From the NCBI RefSeq assembly GCF_009914755.1, contig NC_060929.1: 64,000 nt of DNA; one strand, given 5' to 3'. The stretch is from the human T2T-CHM13v2.0 reference genome, Homo sapiens. The notes beneath the pieces were generated by a model, which was not told where the DNA came from, searched no databases, and worked only from the letters and a program-made list of their open reading frames with translations. The position numbers were made by a program, and so were the translations under genes. Position 1 is the first letter of the stretch. Each line of letters starts with the position of its first letter. Below, piece by piece: positions 14,900 to 28,659 of this stretch.

Positions 14900-15350
14900 G
14901 AGCATCACAGGGAGGTGGGGAATAGTTGACGTGTGCTGAGATAAACTCTTTTACAAGTATGACACTGTTGCTTTATTTTTTTGCCCCAGTCTGCAGGGTG
15001 AAAAGGACTTTTCATTTCACTGAGGTGAAAAGTGGGTCTGTGAGTAGAGCGACTTTCTTTAAAAAAAAAAAAAAAAATCAGAAACCAATTACTTGATATG
15101 CAGAGCTGCAAGCCTCGTTCCTTTAACAAAATCAGTGCAGTGTGCACTGCCGTTAACCTGAGGAAAGCAGCTGACATCTCTTGATTACGGCTAGAGGTGG
15201 AAGGACCCAAACTTGCAGCCTCCCCCTCCCCCTCGAGAGAGTGTTAGTCCAGTCCTTTAGAGAGGTTCGGTTTGGCTCTCTGTCATCACCGGGACGCTGG
15301 CAGGGAGTGTGTGTCATGGTTACAATAGAGTGTGCTAACATATAACAACC
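14900..15350 (+). promoter_or_regulatory. MAST4: Putative alternative promoter/5'UTR of the MKAQ isoform
   Basis: Repeat-free with mildly raised CpG, directly upstream of an ATG-initiated exon that has a strong donor; CRE half-site TGACGT near 14927. TSS position cannot be determined from sequence. Confidence 0.55.
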
Positions 15351-15397
15351 ATGAAAGCCCAGCGGGAAAGGCTACAGATTCCGGGGCTGACCTTGGA
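15351..15397 (+). CDS. MAST4: MAST4 alternative first coding exon: MKAQRERLQIPGLTL(D)
   Basis: acaaccATG (A at -3), 15 codons + 2 nt, donor GA|GTAAGT (phase 2); peptide recalled as a MAST4 isoform N-terminus. Confidence 0.85.
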
Positions 15398-18300
15398 GTA
15401 AGTATTGTCTGTCTTTAATATTTTAATGCTTTCTGCATGGCACTCGCTTTCTGGCGACCAATAGCTATTTAGCATTTGTTTGTACTGACAGCCTCAGAGC
15501 ACTGCAGTGTGAGGTGGAGGAACATGTCTTAAATGCATGGCATTTGGTTTCAGCTAATGTGGACACCCAGACCAGCATTTTGCATTGCAGTCAGAGGAAA
15601 AGCATTGCTGCATATTTAAAGTTACTAAACCCCAGTTCTGGAAACATCTTAACAGCTCATTGTGAAAGAATGTATCAGTAGGCCATGGTGTATCTGTCTT
15701 TTTCTCCTTCTCTCTTACTGTTTGTTTATCCCTATGTTGCCTTTTTCTAAAGAAAGGCCTCTGTCTGCATTGAATAATAGAAGACATTACAATGGATTAG
15801 AGTGCAAGAGAAGGGTTATTTGTGACGTTCATTAGATGTGATCCATGTTTTATCTGTGCAACAGAATATTAATGAACTGTGGTACATTTAGAATCCTCTC
15901 TGCAGAATCTCCAGCCACTGCATGCAATGTGTTTACCTAGTTGAGCTGTGTGTTTGCTTAGCTGTTTTTTTTTTTAACCCATTAACTCATCTGACTGCCT
16001 TGTGATGTGATGTAGCTACATGAACATGTCCACATCTAATTTGTGGCGCAGAAGTTAGACATCTGTGATGCAGGAAGTGTCAGCAAATTTTTATTTTAAA
16101 TCTGTTAGTCAAAGATGCAGAAGCTGTGAGTTAGTCTGTGCTGTCACACTTAAAATAATAAACAGTAAAATATAAATCCGGTAGACAAACATAAATATCC
16201 CTCTTTCTAACTTACAGCACAGATATAAAATTACATTTCAGTGAATTCTGTACAGTCCCAATAATCTCATACTGGACTGTCTGCAGAAAGAGACTGCAGA
16301 ATGAGAACTGTGCTTGGTTCTGAGGATTTATTATTCCTCTTGAATTTTGTAGATGCATCATACAAGAGAAATTATTTCCTTAATTAATAAAAGCATGACA
16401 TTCTGAAGTGAATACTTTTCTAATCAGTCCTTGCTCTAAAATTGTGCCCTGATTTTATACTAATGAGGGACTCACTTACAAAAAGTTAGAGGGCTCTCAC
16501 AACCTTCTTGCTAGCTGTGACATTCTTCATATTAGAGGTACGAATAGTATTTACCCATTGCCCTAACATTTCTCCCATCTCCACCCCCACCCTAACATTC
16601 AACTCTCACCATCTGTGTGGAATATTTTAGTGGCATGCACTCATTCTTCTACTTAACCCTCCTCTCTCTAGCTGGAAATGCATAACTAAGCCATAGCTCT
16701 GTGTTTAAAACCCAGGGGCATTAACCTCCCGCTTTGCTTTTGCCTCTGTTTTTTGTTGTGCTGTTTCCTGGTTGTTTTCTTTGGACTTAGTAGATATCAT
16801 TTCACATTAGGCTTTTTCTTTCTTTCCTCTTCTTCCTTTACTTTTTTTCTTTCTTTTCTCAATCTTGTCTACATTAAGAGGAGACACTTCAAAGTAACTT
16901 TTTAAAAATATGAACTCAGCTGTGTCAAACATTCCATTTTATGATTAGAAGGACTGAATTATGCCACGAGTTTTATGACCTTGCCAGCGTCGACACAGGA
17001 CATAACAGTCAGCTAAACACAGGGGATCTTTGGATGTTGTTTTGGTATCAGGCCACGCCCCCTCCTTCTATCCTCTTATCTTGGTAAATATTACTGTGCA
17101 TTTAAAATAGGTAATTCTGTTTGCCTAGGGAGCGTGAGAGTGGAATAGAGAATCACTCTTAAATATCATTGTAGTATTAGTATGTGATTTACTTTGAACA
17201 TTTTGTTTACCTTGAAATGCAAAATTACTCTAAAATGGACATAGCTAACTTTACATTCACTCATGGAGAAAGCTAATTCTGCAGTCTTTGAGTAAATTCA
17301 ACTTCTAGCCACTGCAGAGGAATGTTATAATGGAAAGTCTTATCACAGATTCTATTAAAAGCAGATTTAATGTATATAAATTTAATTATCTGGGAATCTT
17401 ACAGTCTTAACTCACACAGCAAATGTGTAGAACAGCTTTTGAATGTTCATCAGACATTACTGTTTTTCTTTCAGAAGAGTTTATTCCATAAGCACTGCAG
17501 CTGTGGAGTATTATATGAGCCTATTTTATGCTCTGTAGATGCAATCTAGAATTTTCCATTGGATTTATCAGTAAACACAGGGCAGTTTCTGATTCCTGTT
17601 TCAGATATTGAAATCTTAGGTGTGAGACATCAAATATATATTTCAGAAATTAATAAGTTGTTAATTTATACAGAAATTTATGATGCCTAAATAGCCTATG
17701 CCTGGCTTTCCAGTTTCTGAGAAAGGTAGATTTTTTTGTTTTTTCTTTTTTCATTGTAAGTATAGAATTGGGTACATAGACACTTCGTAGCACTCATCAT
17801 GTGTGTTTCCGCATAGAGACTGGGAATGGTGTTAGTGCCTATGCATGCCGATTTTAGGACAGGAAGGAATAGATAAGACTGTACATAGACAAAATGATGG
17901 ACATATCAGGGGACATTCCTGAGAGCTTTCCAATGAGCTGCTAAGTTAGAGTACAGCATGTTTAAGAGCAGCAGCTTTTGAATATGCTCTGAGTGTATAA
18001 GGAAAATAATTCCTTACTAATTACAAGTGCTGGTACCAAATCAGAGAATGGTCTTAGAAGATATAAAACTTTACTCTGTTGAAACATTATATTTTTTAAT
18101 TAGAGCATTTGAGCAATAATTTAATATTTTAGTTTAAGACAAATACAGCCAAGTCTCAATTATCCATATAATGGGAGACAAGGATGGCATTTAGGATTTG
18201 CAAACCATAGTAAGCCCAAATCTGATTTTAGCCATCATTGCCAACCCTCTGTGCCAATGAAGAGCACAACCAGCTTGAATCAACCAAAATGCAGCTCTGT

Positions 18301-18399
18301 TTCAAGACCTCATTCTCTGAGATAGGAAAACATGATACAGTGTAGAGCCATCGTCCAGCGGAGAGGCAAAATAACATTCTTTAAGAAACTCTCTGCACT

Positions 18400-18528
18400 A
18401 GCCAGGCACGGTGGTGCATGCCCATAGTTCTTGCTACTCAGGATGCTGAGATGGAAAGCTCTCTTGAGCCCAGCAGTTCAAGTTCGGCCTGGGAGGCATA
18501 TGGAGACACCATCTGTAAAAAAGTAAAA
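18400..18528 (+). mobile_element. Alu monomer (FLAM-like)
   Basis: Single Alu arm ending in an A-rich stretch. Confidence 0.8.
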
Positions 18529-18529
18529 A

Positions 18530-18826
18530 GGCAGCCATGGTGGCTTACGCCTGTAATCCCAGCACTTCGAGAGGCTGAAGCAGGAGAATCACTTGAGCCC
18601 AGGAGTTTGAGATCAGGCTGAGCAACATCTTGAAACCCCATCTCTACAAAAAATACAAAAATTAGCCAGGTATGGTTGTGTGTGCTTATAGTCCTGGCTA
18701 CTTGGGAGGCCAAGGTGGGAGGATCACTTTGAGCCCAGGAGGTGGAGGCTGCAGTAAGCCACTACACTCCAGCCTGGGTGACTAGAGTGAAACCTTGTCT
18801 CAAAAAGAACAACAACAACAACAAAA
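18530..18826 (+). mobile_element. AluJ-like, with (CAA)n tail
   Basis: Dimeric Alu with gagcccaggag diagnostic segments. Confidence 0.92.
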
Positions 18827-19809
18827 GACAGGAAAGAAACTCATTGCACTATAGCAGGAGTTTCTATTGCTCACTTCAGTCTTAGAGTTGGGGCAAGAAT
18901 ACCTACAGAATACTTAGCTAATTTTTACTTTGATTTTGCCATGTAAAAATAGTTGGTAACTGACTAGCATCAACTCCATGCTTTAATAGATCTATTAGAT
19001 CTATTGGTTAAATTGTTGTACTGTATCTAATTTAAGTTTTATCTCCCTAAAAAAAGAGACATGAGGCCAGAAAGAAAAAAGATGAATGAACTCTATTCCA
19101 ACCACACTGTGATGAATATTTGAGAATTGGCTGGAATAATCATGGTGGTTTGGATGGGTGGGTGGGGAGTGGGGGGTCAGGGATTATAATGGTTCATTGA
19201 CAGTTGGATTTGAGAAGACCTCTCTGGAAGATAAAATAATATATAACTACATGTAATAATTTTTGAAATTATTTATTTTGAATATATGCATAGGAACACT
19301 TTTTATCATTGCCCCTGAGGATTAGATAAAATATTGGGTCTTTGTTATAAGGAAGACTTGTTTTTCCTTGCAAAAGTGCTTAAAAACGCATCTTCCTATG
19401 GGGAAATGTTAGTTGCTTTGCTTTGTAAAAACTACGATATTTCACCTAAATTTTTATTTGCATTGTCTTCTTAATCTAGAATAAAATATACTCAATATAA
19501 AATGGCACTGGATTTTCTTTGATGCAAAAATCACATGTCAAAGTTATCTGCCAAGTTGCTTTGTGACAAAGAAAAGGCTCAAATAAAAATGGCAGCTGTA
19601 GTTTTTAAAATGTAAATTTCAGCAGGAAGCATTTTACTTGTTCTGTATTTTAGAGCTGAAAAGGGCAAGTGATTAGATGATTACCTAGTGGTGTAGATAA
19701 GCTTGCCATAGTGATTCTGGCCTAAAGGGAACACAGTCCCTTAACTGAGCTATGCTATTTTTACTGCAATCAATTCTCCCACTTGGAATGACGTTATTTT
19801 AACTTTCAG

Positions 19810-19890
19810 TCTCACTCCCAGGAGCCTGAGTCCAACCCCATCCAGCCCAGGCAGTCCTTGTAGTCCTCTCTTGGCCTTTCACTTTTGGAG
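19810..19890 (+). CDS. MAST4: MAST4 81-nt in-frame cassette exon: LTPRSLSPTPSSPGSPCSPLLAFHFW(S)
   Basis: Acceptor ttattttaactttcAG|, donor GAG|GTAAGC, length divisible by 3, open in phase 2/2; resembles the Ser/Pro-rich ...SPCSP...W(S) segments recalled from MAST paralogs. Confidence 0.8.
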
Positions 19891-20622
19891 GTAAGCATGC
19901 TCCAGGGCCTGCCCAGGGCTGCTTTGTCTTTCTGTTGCCCCATTTCCCACCACCAGCATTTGATTACTTCAGACTCTGCAATCCACAATCCACAGGGTGA
20001 GGAAACTGGTTGAATTGTTTACTTGGTGACTTACTTGATCACTTACTCTATTTAGCATATTTACTCATATTTCACTTGGTGTCTCTTGACTCATTGTTCA
20101 ATGTGTGTGTATATGTGACAGTTTTTCATTTTGCTTTCTTAGGGAATGATCTGCACTGAATTCTGTAAGTTTTGATCAATATAAAGATATAATTTATTGG
20201 TTTCTAGAAAACATTTCCTAATTCCTATGAGAGTATTATAATACCTGTTGCCTCAAACTATTTTATACACTATTATTTACAGGATAATGTATTTAAATTG
20301 TCTAAAGTGTTAATATTTTTTAAATCATTTTTTAGAACTCCAAGGTATATACTCCTACCCCCTCACTCATAGGCTGATTATATTCACTCTTCTCTGTTTG
20401 TTAGAGAAATATCCCCAAGGAACTCTTACATTTTAGCATAGTTTGTTATAAGAATACACGATAGAAAATACTGCTACTATAGTATCTATGGTATGTATAT
20501 TCTAATAGACTTTTCATGAATTCACTATTTATGGATATAGTGAATCTTCCTGTATCTAATCGGAAGACACACATAGTGTACCCAGCGTCCCTTTCCCCTT
20601 TTTAAAAATCCTAATCCTATGG

Positions 20623-20918
20623 GGCTGGGCACGGTGGCTCATGCCTGTAATCCCAGCACTTTGGGAGGTCGAGGCGGGCAGATCACGAAGTCAGGAGATT
20701 GAGACCATCCTGGCTAACACGGTGAAACCCCGTCTCTATTAAACATACAAAAAATTAGCCGGGCGTGGTGGTGGGCGCCTTAGTCCCAGCTACCCCATGG
20801 GAGGCTGAGGCGGGAGAATGGCGTGAACTCGGGAGGCGGAGCTTGCAGTGAGCTGAGATCTGGCCACTGCACTCCAGCCTGGGCGAAAGAGTGAGACTCC
20901 GTCTCAAAAAAGAAAAAA
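20623..20918 (+). mobile_element. AluY-like
   Basis: Young diagnostics (gagaccatcctggctaacacggtg, gaatggcgtgaa, ggagcttgcagtgag), CpG-rich, TSD aatcct(a/g)tgg. Confidence 0.92.
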
Positions 20919-22485
20919 TCCTGTGGAAGAAAGTAGAATCAAATTATCCGTTGATGCAAAGGGCAACTTAAATTTTTTTATGAATATTTTTTATTTCATA
21001 AACGCAAATGAATGACGAATTTGCCACTTATGGCCACTTCCTTAAAAATATTAACTTACAAGCTTTAGATGATATCAGTGGGACAATTTAACAAATTTGT
21101 TTCTTTCATATTTCTAAAGTAAGGCCGAACTGAAATCTGCAAAGAATAATCGACTAGGGAAACAAATTAATGACTTGGAACTTTAGTTCTACTCTTCTGC
21201 TGATGGGATTATACTTATTATTGTAAAAGTGACTTTCAACATGAGAGTTTTGTGTAATAGCTTTTATACAGCATCCCCTGAATTTAATAGGTCCTAAAAC
21301 ATAAGAGTAGTTTTTTTTTTTTTTTTGCTTTTTTTTTTTTTTTTTCCCTATCTGGAGAATTCCTTTGCTCTTCTAATGTGTCCATTTTGGTTATCCAACT
21401 GCAAGAAATTGAACTGTGTCCTGAACTTTTTTTCTTTAGTGTAATATGTTTTCATTAAATACAATGCTTGTATTTCCTTTTCTTTATTCTTCCTAAAGGC
21501 AATAGGCTATTCAATATGAAGATGGCATCATTAGTAGAAGAGAAAAGAAAATTAGATTCAGTGCTAAGGTAGTGCAGAGGAGGATGAGGTTCTGAAGAGT
21601 GTTTTGGGGAAAAAGTTTTAGGGAACTGGTTGCGTTTGAGCTGGACCTTGAAAAATATTGGAGGTTCAGTGGGGAGGGATTGGTGGGGGCGGGGGGGGGG
21701 CGGTGAAGGATAAAACCAGACAGAGAAAAAAAAATCTAGGATGTAAGAAAGCATAGTATATGGTAGAAATAATGTGTGTCACTAGGACATAGGATAGGTG
21801 AAATAGAAGAAAAGTTTGGAACTGTATAGAGATTGATATAAACTTGAAAATTAATTTGGGGGCATGCATGCTATGTAAGGCCTTGAATACTAAAGCTAAA
21901 AAGTTTGACTTTCATTTTGTAAGTGTTCAGGAGTCAGAAGATGTTTTGAATAAGGAAATGACCAATCTGAGTTCAAACTGAGGAAACGTACCTTATCAAT
22001 ATTAAGAATAGATTGTATTTTAGGCAGAAACTCCAATGAGGATGCTAGTACAATCTATAATGAGTAACAGGTCTGGGAGTAGGACAATTGCAATAAACTA
22101 AATTAAAATTTGCAGAGTTCTTTATAGTTGGCCAACTGGTTTTATGTACATGGTTTCATTCCATTTAATCCACCCAACACTACGTGAGACAGAAATGAAT
22201 ATTGCCTTTGATTACAGATGAAAATGCTAACCCATACAGAGATTAAATAGTAGCCTAGGACTGAAAATGAAGTCTCAAATCTTTCCACTGTGACTAACTT
22301 AAGACATACACATGTTGCTCTGAGATCATTTATATTGAGTTTTAATTATCTGGTTTAGGTAGACCTTGTGACCTTCTTTAGTCATTTTTATTTCCCCAGT
22401 GCCTCACTCTGTATATGGAATGTACTAAGTGTTTGAAAAAATGCTTATTAAAGAATGAATAAATGAGTGAATAAGAAATAGAAGA

Positions 22486-22875
22486 TGTATTAGTTACAGT
22501 GCTGCTAATATACCAACCACCAAATAAATATACAATGGCTCAAATACAATGGAATTGCATTGTTCACTCATAGATGAAGGGTTTGCAGGAGGATCTGCTC
22601 CATAGAGTCATTAAGGGATCCAGGGGGATCTTTAACCCATGGCCTTCAAGGATGCCTTGGGCATCAACATTTAGCTGGTGGAAAGGGAAAGAGCATGGAG
22701 GGTGGTGCACTGACAGACCTGAAGGTGGCACACATCACTTCCATTCACATTTCATGGCCTAGAAGGTGGTATTCTGACTGTATCTAACAATAGGGAAGCC
22801 TGGGAAATATGGCTGGCTGGTGCCCAGGAAAAGGAGGAAATAAGTTTGGTTAAATAGTTAGCAATCTTTGTTGTA
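22486..22875 (-). mobile_element. Old MLT1 (J/K-like) LTR
   Basis: tgtattagtta... start; cacatcacttccattcacatttcatggcc and gggaagcctgggaaat motifs. Confidence 0.6.
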
Positions 22876-23599
22876 GAAGTTGATGAAATAAAGGTGCCCC
22901 ATAGCAGGTGTTCAGTAGATAATTTTCAATGAGTTGACTTACTTACACTGCAATTTCTAGCATTAGTGACTTGAACCCCAAAAAACAGAGTTGGTGAGGG
23001 AGGAAAATGTTGTAATGATGAGTCTGGTCATAAACACAGTGAGAAAGTTGTAGGTAGAGATATCTGGTTGGCAGCTTGGAATTGGGTATCCCTGATAGTG
23101 TGCCCCAAAATGATGGTCTAATATTATAAATTGCAAGACTCCAAATATGTTCATGCTGTTACCACAGAAAAAGCATGTTTTGTATCCCTGCACAGATTTT
23201 GTTTTCCTACCATTGATTGTGATGGGTCAGATTTGTTCTTTATTCCTTTTTCATGGTGGGGCTTAAAGGTCTAGGACAGAGTGGTGGTGGTGAGTATCAC
23301 AGTGTCTGTGCCCTTTTGAGGTGATGACACACAGAGTTTCTAAATATGACAATGGAAGATTCTATTCTTTTCATAGTAAAACCCTGGAGGCAGGCTGTAC
23401 AGAGACATGAGTCAGCTCTCCATCTCCAGCGGAACTCCAGGGGCTTCTCCAGGCCAGGCTTCCTGAAGGTTGGCCAGAAATAAGACATCTGCAGCTTCCA
23501 GGACAGCTCAGTTGCTAAATAGGACTTACGTTTTGTTTAGTATGTCTGGGTAGTAAGACCTTGCACTGCCATATGGAGGTTGTGGTAAGACAAATTTGG

Positions 23600-23776
23600 G
23601 CGCAGTATGAAGGAAAGAATTTTCTAAGGAAGATTTCTGAACTTTTAATGGGCTGCCTCATCAGACCATCAGGAAGGCCAGGCACCCAGTGAGCTGGAAA
23701 GATGCAGACTGTATTCCTGTACTGAGCAGAGGATTAGACTACGTTATTCTCAAAAGCCCTTCCATCTTGAAAATCT
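23600..23776 (+). mobile_element. CR1/L3 or MIR3-like 3' fragment
   Basis: ggaaagaattttcta...aatgggctgcct...ggattagacta...cccttccatc resembles a CR1/L3 tail. Confidence 0.45.
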
Positions 23777-26700
23777 CACACTCCTTAAAAAAAAAAAAAA
23801 AAAGAAAAACATCTTCCATCAGGGCTGGAGAAATAGGCAAAATACACACTTTGTCTACAAACTAAATATATATATATATATATGGCCCTAAATATCAGTT
23901 TATTAGTTACCAGTGTGACAGAGAGCATCTTCAAGACCTTAAGTGGAATTTATGTACAACTTTGCTTTCCTCCTTCTGAGGCAACCATAACCACTCAGAA
24001 TTTCTCATGACCCCCAGTACTTAATAAATTGGCTACCACTTAGGAGCTGTTTGTATAATGGTGACATCAGTGCCTCCTGAGTAATATAGATGTGACTCGT
24101 GCCAGCTCCTAATCTGGACTGTGATTAGATAGCAAGATTCCAGAAGAAGCTATCTCATTTCACATTCTCAGTGGCTTTCTTGGCACCGAGCACGCCTTGC
24201 CATCAATAGGGACCCAGTAAGTAGCTGTAGGCTGGAACACCATTACTCAGTGGCCAAGTTTCTATTATGCCGTAGTGATGTTCTTTTGTACTTCTGCTTC
24301 ATCCCCCAACATCTTCCTGGATGATAACCACTCAAGAGCCTGCTGGCTGCATGTCTTGTGTTCCTTGTATTTTACTTCTTCCATCTTTTTCTTTGCATCT
24401 CCCTTTGGTTTCTGGAGTCTCAGAGTCATAAACACACAGTCAGCTATGCCAGAGTTGGCAGTAGAGAAGGTATGCTGTTTCTTCTCCTTCCATCTCCCAA
24501 ATCTCTCTCTCCCTGTTTCAGCTGTGACTGAAAACACACATGCCATGTTGCTGGTAGGATATAGTACTACTTCCAGAGAAGAATATTATCACTGTGCCAT
24601 CAACTCCACAAGGACAACCATTTTTGTCTACTTTTTCACACATATATCCACAAAACCTAAAATAGTTCCTGACATACGTAGAAGAGGCCCCATAAATATA
24701 TATTGATTTAATGAATGAATGTATTATTCCCTGGGACTCAAGCCTGTTCTGATGTTTTCACCTGTGCTTAAACATGAGATCGAGTTATATAGAAGGTATG
24801 TTTTGAGAGCAGTGCTGGCACCTTGAGAAAAAGGACTTATTTTTTATTCTTCTATAAATAGTAAGTTATAGCCATCAAAATGTAAAAACTGAGTAGATAT
24901 CAATTATCTAGGACAAAGTAGAAAGTCATTGTTAATTAAAGTTAGACCCCAGCTTATATTAACAGATATGCCTAGCTATGGTGAGGGACAGAGAAAATGA
25001 TACAGAAGTCATGGCAGATTACACACGGAAGAGGATAAGTCACTCTAAGGAGGAGTAGTAGAATGTAAGTTCTGGAGGGCAAGACCTGTCTATCTTACAT
25101 ACTGCTGTCTCCCTAGCCCATGTAGCATAATGTGGTACTAAATAACTAGGTACTAAATAAATTATTTAGTTGTCATTAAATGTGCTTTGAAGCAATAAGA
25201 GAATTGTGAATTGGGGGCTGCTTTTACAAACCCGAAGCCCTTCAGTGAGTCTGTGTTCCTTTGCAGCCACATTCTGTCTGTGGCTGGGTCCCTGCGGCAC
25301 CTTTTAGAGCTGCCATTCTCCATTTCAGCATAGACCCCACCTAGCTGGCTTCATTCATTCACAGTACCTGAAGTGGCCCTGGAGATACTTGAGTTTGGTA
25401 CTTCACAGACTAGGAGTTATGGTGCCTGAGTCTTGGTCACAGACCTCACCACATGTAAGCTTTGTGACCCTGGGCAAGTGTTAAACTTCTTGAACGCTCA
25501 TTGTCTTTATCTATGAATCCCCTACCTCGCTGGCAATGTAAGAACAGTAGCTTATGGGGTTTTAGTGCAATAACTTTTTGTGAGCAAGAATGGAGCATAT
25601 GGTGGTCCTAAGAGTGATGGGCAGGAAAGGTAGACAGCACCTTAACAGGGAGGGCATCCAGCGTAATTCTCACCTAGTCCCATTTTGCCAAGAGCTGGCC
25701 TATTTGTCCTGTTGCTGCTTGGAAAGGTTACTGGGTATCCATGGCTGCCTGAATCCCCCTCACTTCACTTGTTGCCATGGTGAGGGGCAGACATCATAGG
25801 CATTTACCAAACACATGGCAGTATGTTGTGATTTTGTGTCTCCTTTTCACAGGGAACCTGTAAGACTGGGAAAGTCACCTGACGGCTAAACCACTAAACC
25901 CTTTTAGTTTCTTTCGCTTTTTACAATGAGAGGTCCCATTTGTCTTTTTTATTCTATTTTTCCGCCTTTCACTTTGTGGAGAACATTGAAAAAATCTGAA
26001 GATGCTCGTACCAGATGGTAATTTCTTTGTACTCTACAGACACCAGTTCCTGTGCTTTTGTGAATGTGATGGTTTAATGAATTCCTGGAATTTTATTTCT
26101 GAATTGTCATATAGGATCAAATCTGTGTCATGCAGGCACTCTTAGGAATGGCTCAGCCAAGCAGAGATGAGCCTGATTATGAACACGGTGCCAGCCCTGT
26201 GGGTGTGGGGCTGGGGAGAGATGAGGAAGATTGGCAGTCTCAGCTGTCACTGGGGTGGTGTGGACAGGCCACTTAGCACTTCCCTCCACCCTACCCTTGC
26301 TGGTTTCTGCCAGTGCCACCACCTGGAGGCTTCCCTTGCTTAGTAAGAAAGAGGATGTGTGTGCGGTGCTCCAGAGGAGGACAGGGTGGGGTAGGAGACT
26401 TCAAGTGGGTAGCAGTAATGGGGAAGGGCAAGCATAATAAACTTACTGCAGAAAGGTTGTTTCCTTTGATTTTTCTGAAATATAGTATTTTTAAAATGGG
26501 TATTATAAGCTCATCTTCTATAAACTTGCAGAACCTAGGGGATGAAGTCTTGTGAGGTCAGATGGCAAGCAGAGCTTTTAGGTCCGTGGGGTCTTGGCAC
26601 AGCTGAGTCTCTGCAGCGCCTTGACTCATCCATGTATAGACACCTACATGTTCCAGGCCCAGACAGCCATTCCAGGGCCATGTTGTTTGTCATGATGGTT

Positions 26701-28659
26701 TGTGTTTTTTATCTATGCACTCACCTTTTCACATTAACTTTTCTGTTTTGTCTACTGACTTGAGTTAAAGGCAGAAATTACTAAGCTAGATATTTGCATG
26801 TGCAGCGGCTTAGTGTCCAGCATTGATGGGAGCTTGCTACATGCCTGGCACTGTTCTTAGTGCTGCACGTATGTTAACTCACACAGTTTTCACCCTGTGG
26901 CTGGGAGGCAGGTACTGTCTTCATTTTACAGATGTTAAAACTAAGGCACAGAGACAGATTTATCTATGGAGCCCACACATCTCAGTTTGCCCAGATGCGG
27001 ATTGATGTATGCCTTTTTTTCCAGTGTGATGCTCAAAAGCACTCCCCTTTCACTTTCAAAACCTCCAGGTTTGACCAACAGATTATGCCCTCTTCCCAAT
27101 GTCTAGAAAGTGACCTGGTCTGGTTCAAGCTCAAGCATCTGGTTGGAGAGCCTGTGCCTCTATTTCTTCGGGACTTCAATTTGTGGTCATTTTCATTTGC
27201 ATTCACAGTGTAAGATTCCATTTACTGGCAGGTGGATTTGTTACTGTGTCTGGAGCTTTCTTGCTTGGTTCCCTAGATGTTTTAGTCCTCTGTTAAGAGT
27301 GCATTCATGGGTATAAGGAGCATGTTTTGACTTGTGGAGCCCGATATTACTTTTTTAAAATTTTGTTTTAGACAGAGCCTAGGTGATGCAAAAAAAGGTT
27401 AAATTGGGTTTGCTTTGGAAATCAGGCCGTGGGCCCCAGCAACTCCAGTCTGAGCAGCCTGTGCCTTGTTCCCTCAGCCTGGGCCAGCCTGCTACTTCCC
27501 TGGGGGTGACAGTGTTCTCACCATTGCGGTGTTATTCAGAGGGCTCTGGGAGCCCTTTTAGGAAACCAGCCTCTTCAGGCCTGAGTAAGGATTCCTCACC
27601 CCGTTTGCAAGGAGCCCGGACACTTTCTTGATACTATCTACTCTTAAACATTTCTTTGGGCCTCACAGCTCAAGATGATTGATTACTGTGTAGTCTTTTC
27701 TGGGCCACATATTGTGACTACTTTACTTAAGTAACTTATTAAATTTTTGTTTTTGAATATATTGAAATTATTCTATGGAGGCTTAACAGTTATCTTTTTT
27801 TAGTAGATCTTCTTGAGGTGAATAAAAATTTACTTTGCTGTGTGTGGGTGCATGTGTATGTGTGTGTTGGGGAAAGTTATATCCTATGTTCCATTTTGTT
27901 AAGGCATTTCTTTGTGACAGGAGAAAAACACATTTCACATCATTTTAAAAATCCTATTTCCAACATTTAAAATATGGATACAGCCATTAACACCCACCCT
28001 GTTGATATGAGAATTAAGTTGTGATTTCTTGGAGAGCATAAGATGGTGATGATAATGTGAAACTCAGAGATGCCTCAGTAAAAGGAGTAATACAAATGCG
28101 AAAACTTTAAAAAAAAAAGTCATTTCTCCAGCAGTAACATAGATAATAATGCCTCTTGGAGGTGGTGTAAGAATTAACTAGGCAATGTATGTGAAATGTT
28201 CCAAGAAGAGTGTTCTGTTTTGTTATTATTAGTGTCATACCATTCTTGCAACCCAGCATTCAAAATGAACTATAAAACCTGACCTTTGTATCAAGGATGT
28301 TGCCTATTCTAATTGAAGTGATAGTGAATGATGAGGTATTATGAAACTGGGAGAGCTGTACTAATAGTCTCGGGTGAAAAAGACGTGAGCTAAATTTCAT
28401 GGATTCTTAGGCTTTTCTACTTATTTCTCTGACAGTTTGCTTAGCTGAATCATTACTGGCTCCAGTTAATAAAACATTATGGAGATACCCCACATTGAGA
28501 AGAACATTTACTTTCTCACAGTGGTATTGTTTTTTTCTCTCCTCTTTATATAAAATACAAGTTTGGCTCAACTTTAATCAAGCTCTGAGTCAAAAGCCAC
28601 CTGTAATTCTTCCCTTTAAAAAATCTTTGCAGTGTGCACATGTGTAGATTTGGGGGCAT

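Noticed and set aside
15434-15925. Three TGCATG (RBFOX) motifs downstream of the MKAQ exon donor
   Set aside because: They follow a first exon, and their significance cannot be judged without conservation or CLIP data.
21660-21705. G-quadruplex-like G runs (also 40855-40875, 50021-50040 on the minus strand, 56859-56869 and 60359-60380)
   Set aside because: Mostly expansions inside old repeats; no evidence of function from sequence alone.
24275-24706. 143-aa ORF
   Set aside because: Non-ATG start, runs into an L2 tail, no splice or domain support.
25853-25859. Possible 7-nt microexon (ttttcacAG|GGAACCT|GTAAGA)
   Set aside because: Frame-shifting, weak exonic donor context, no other support.
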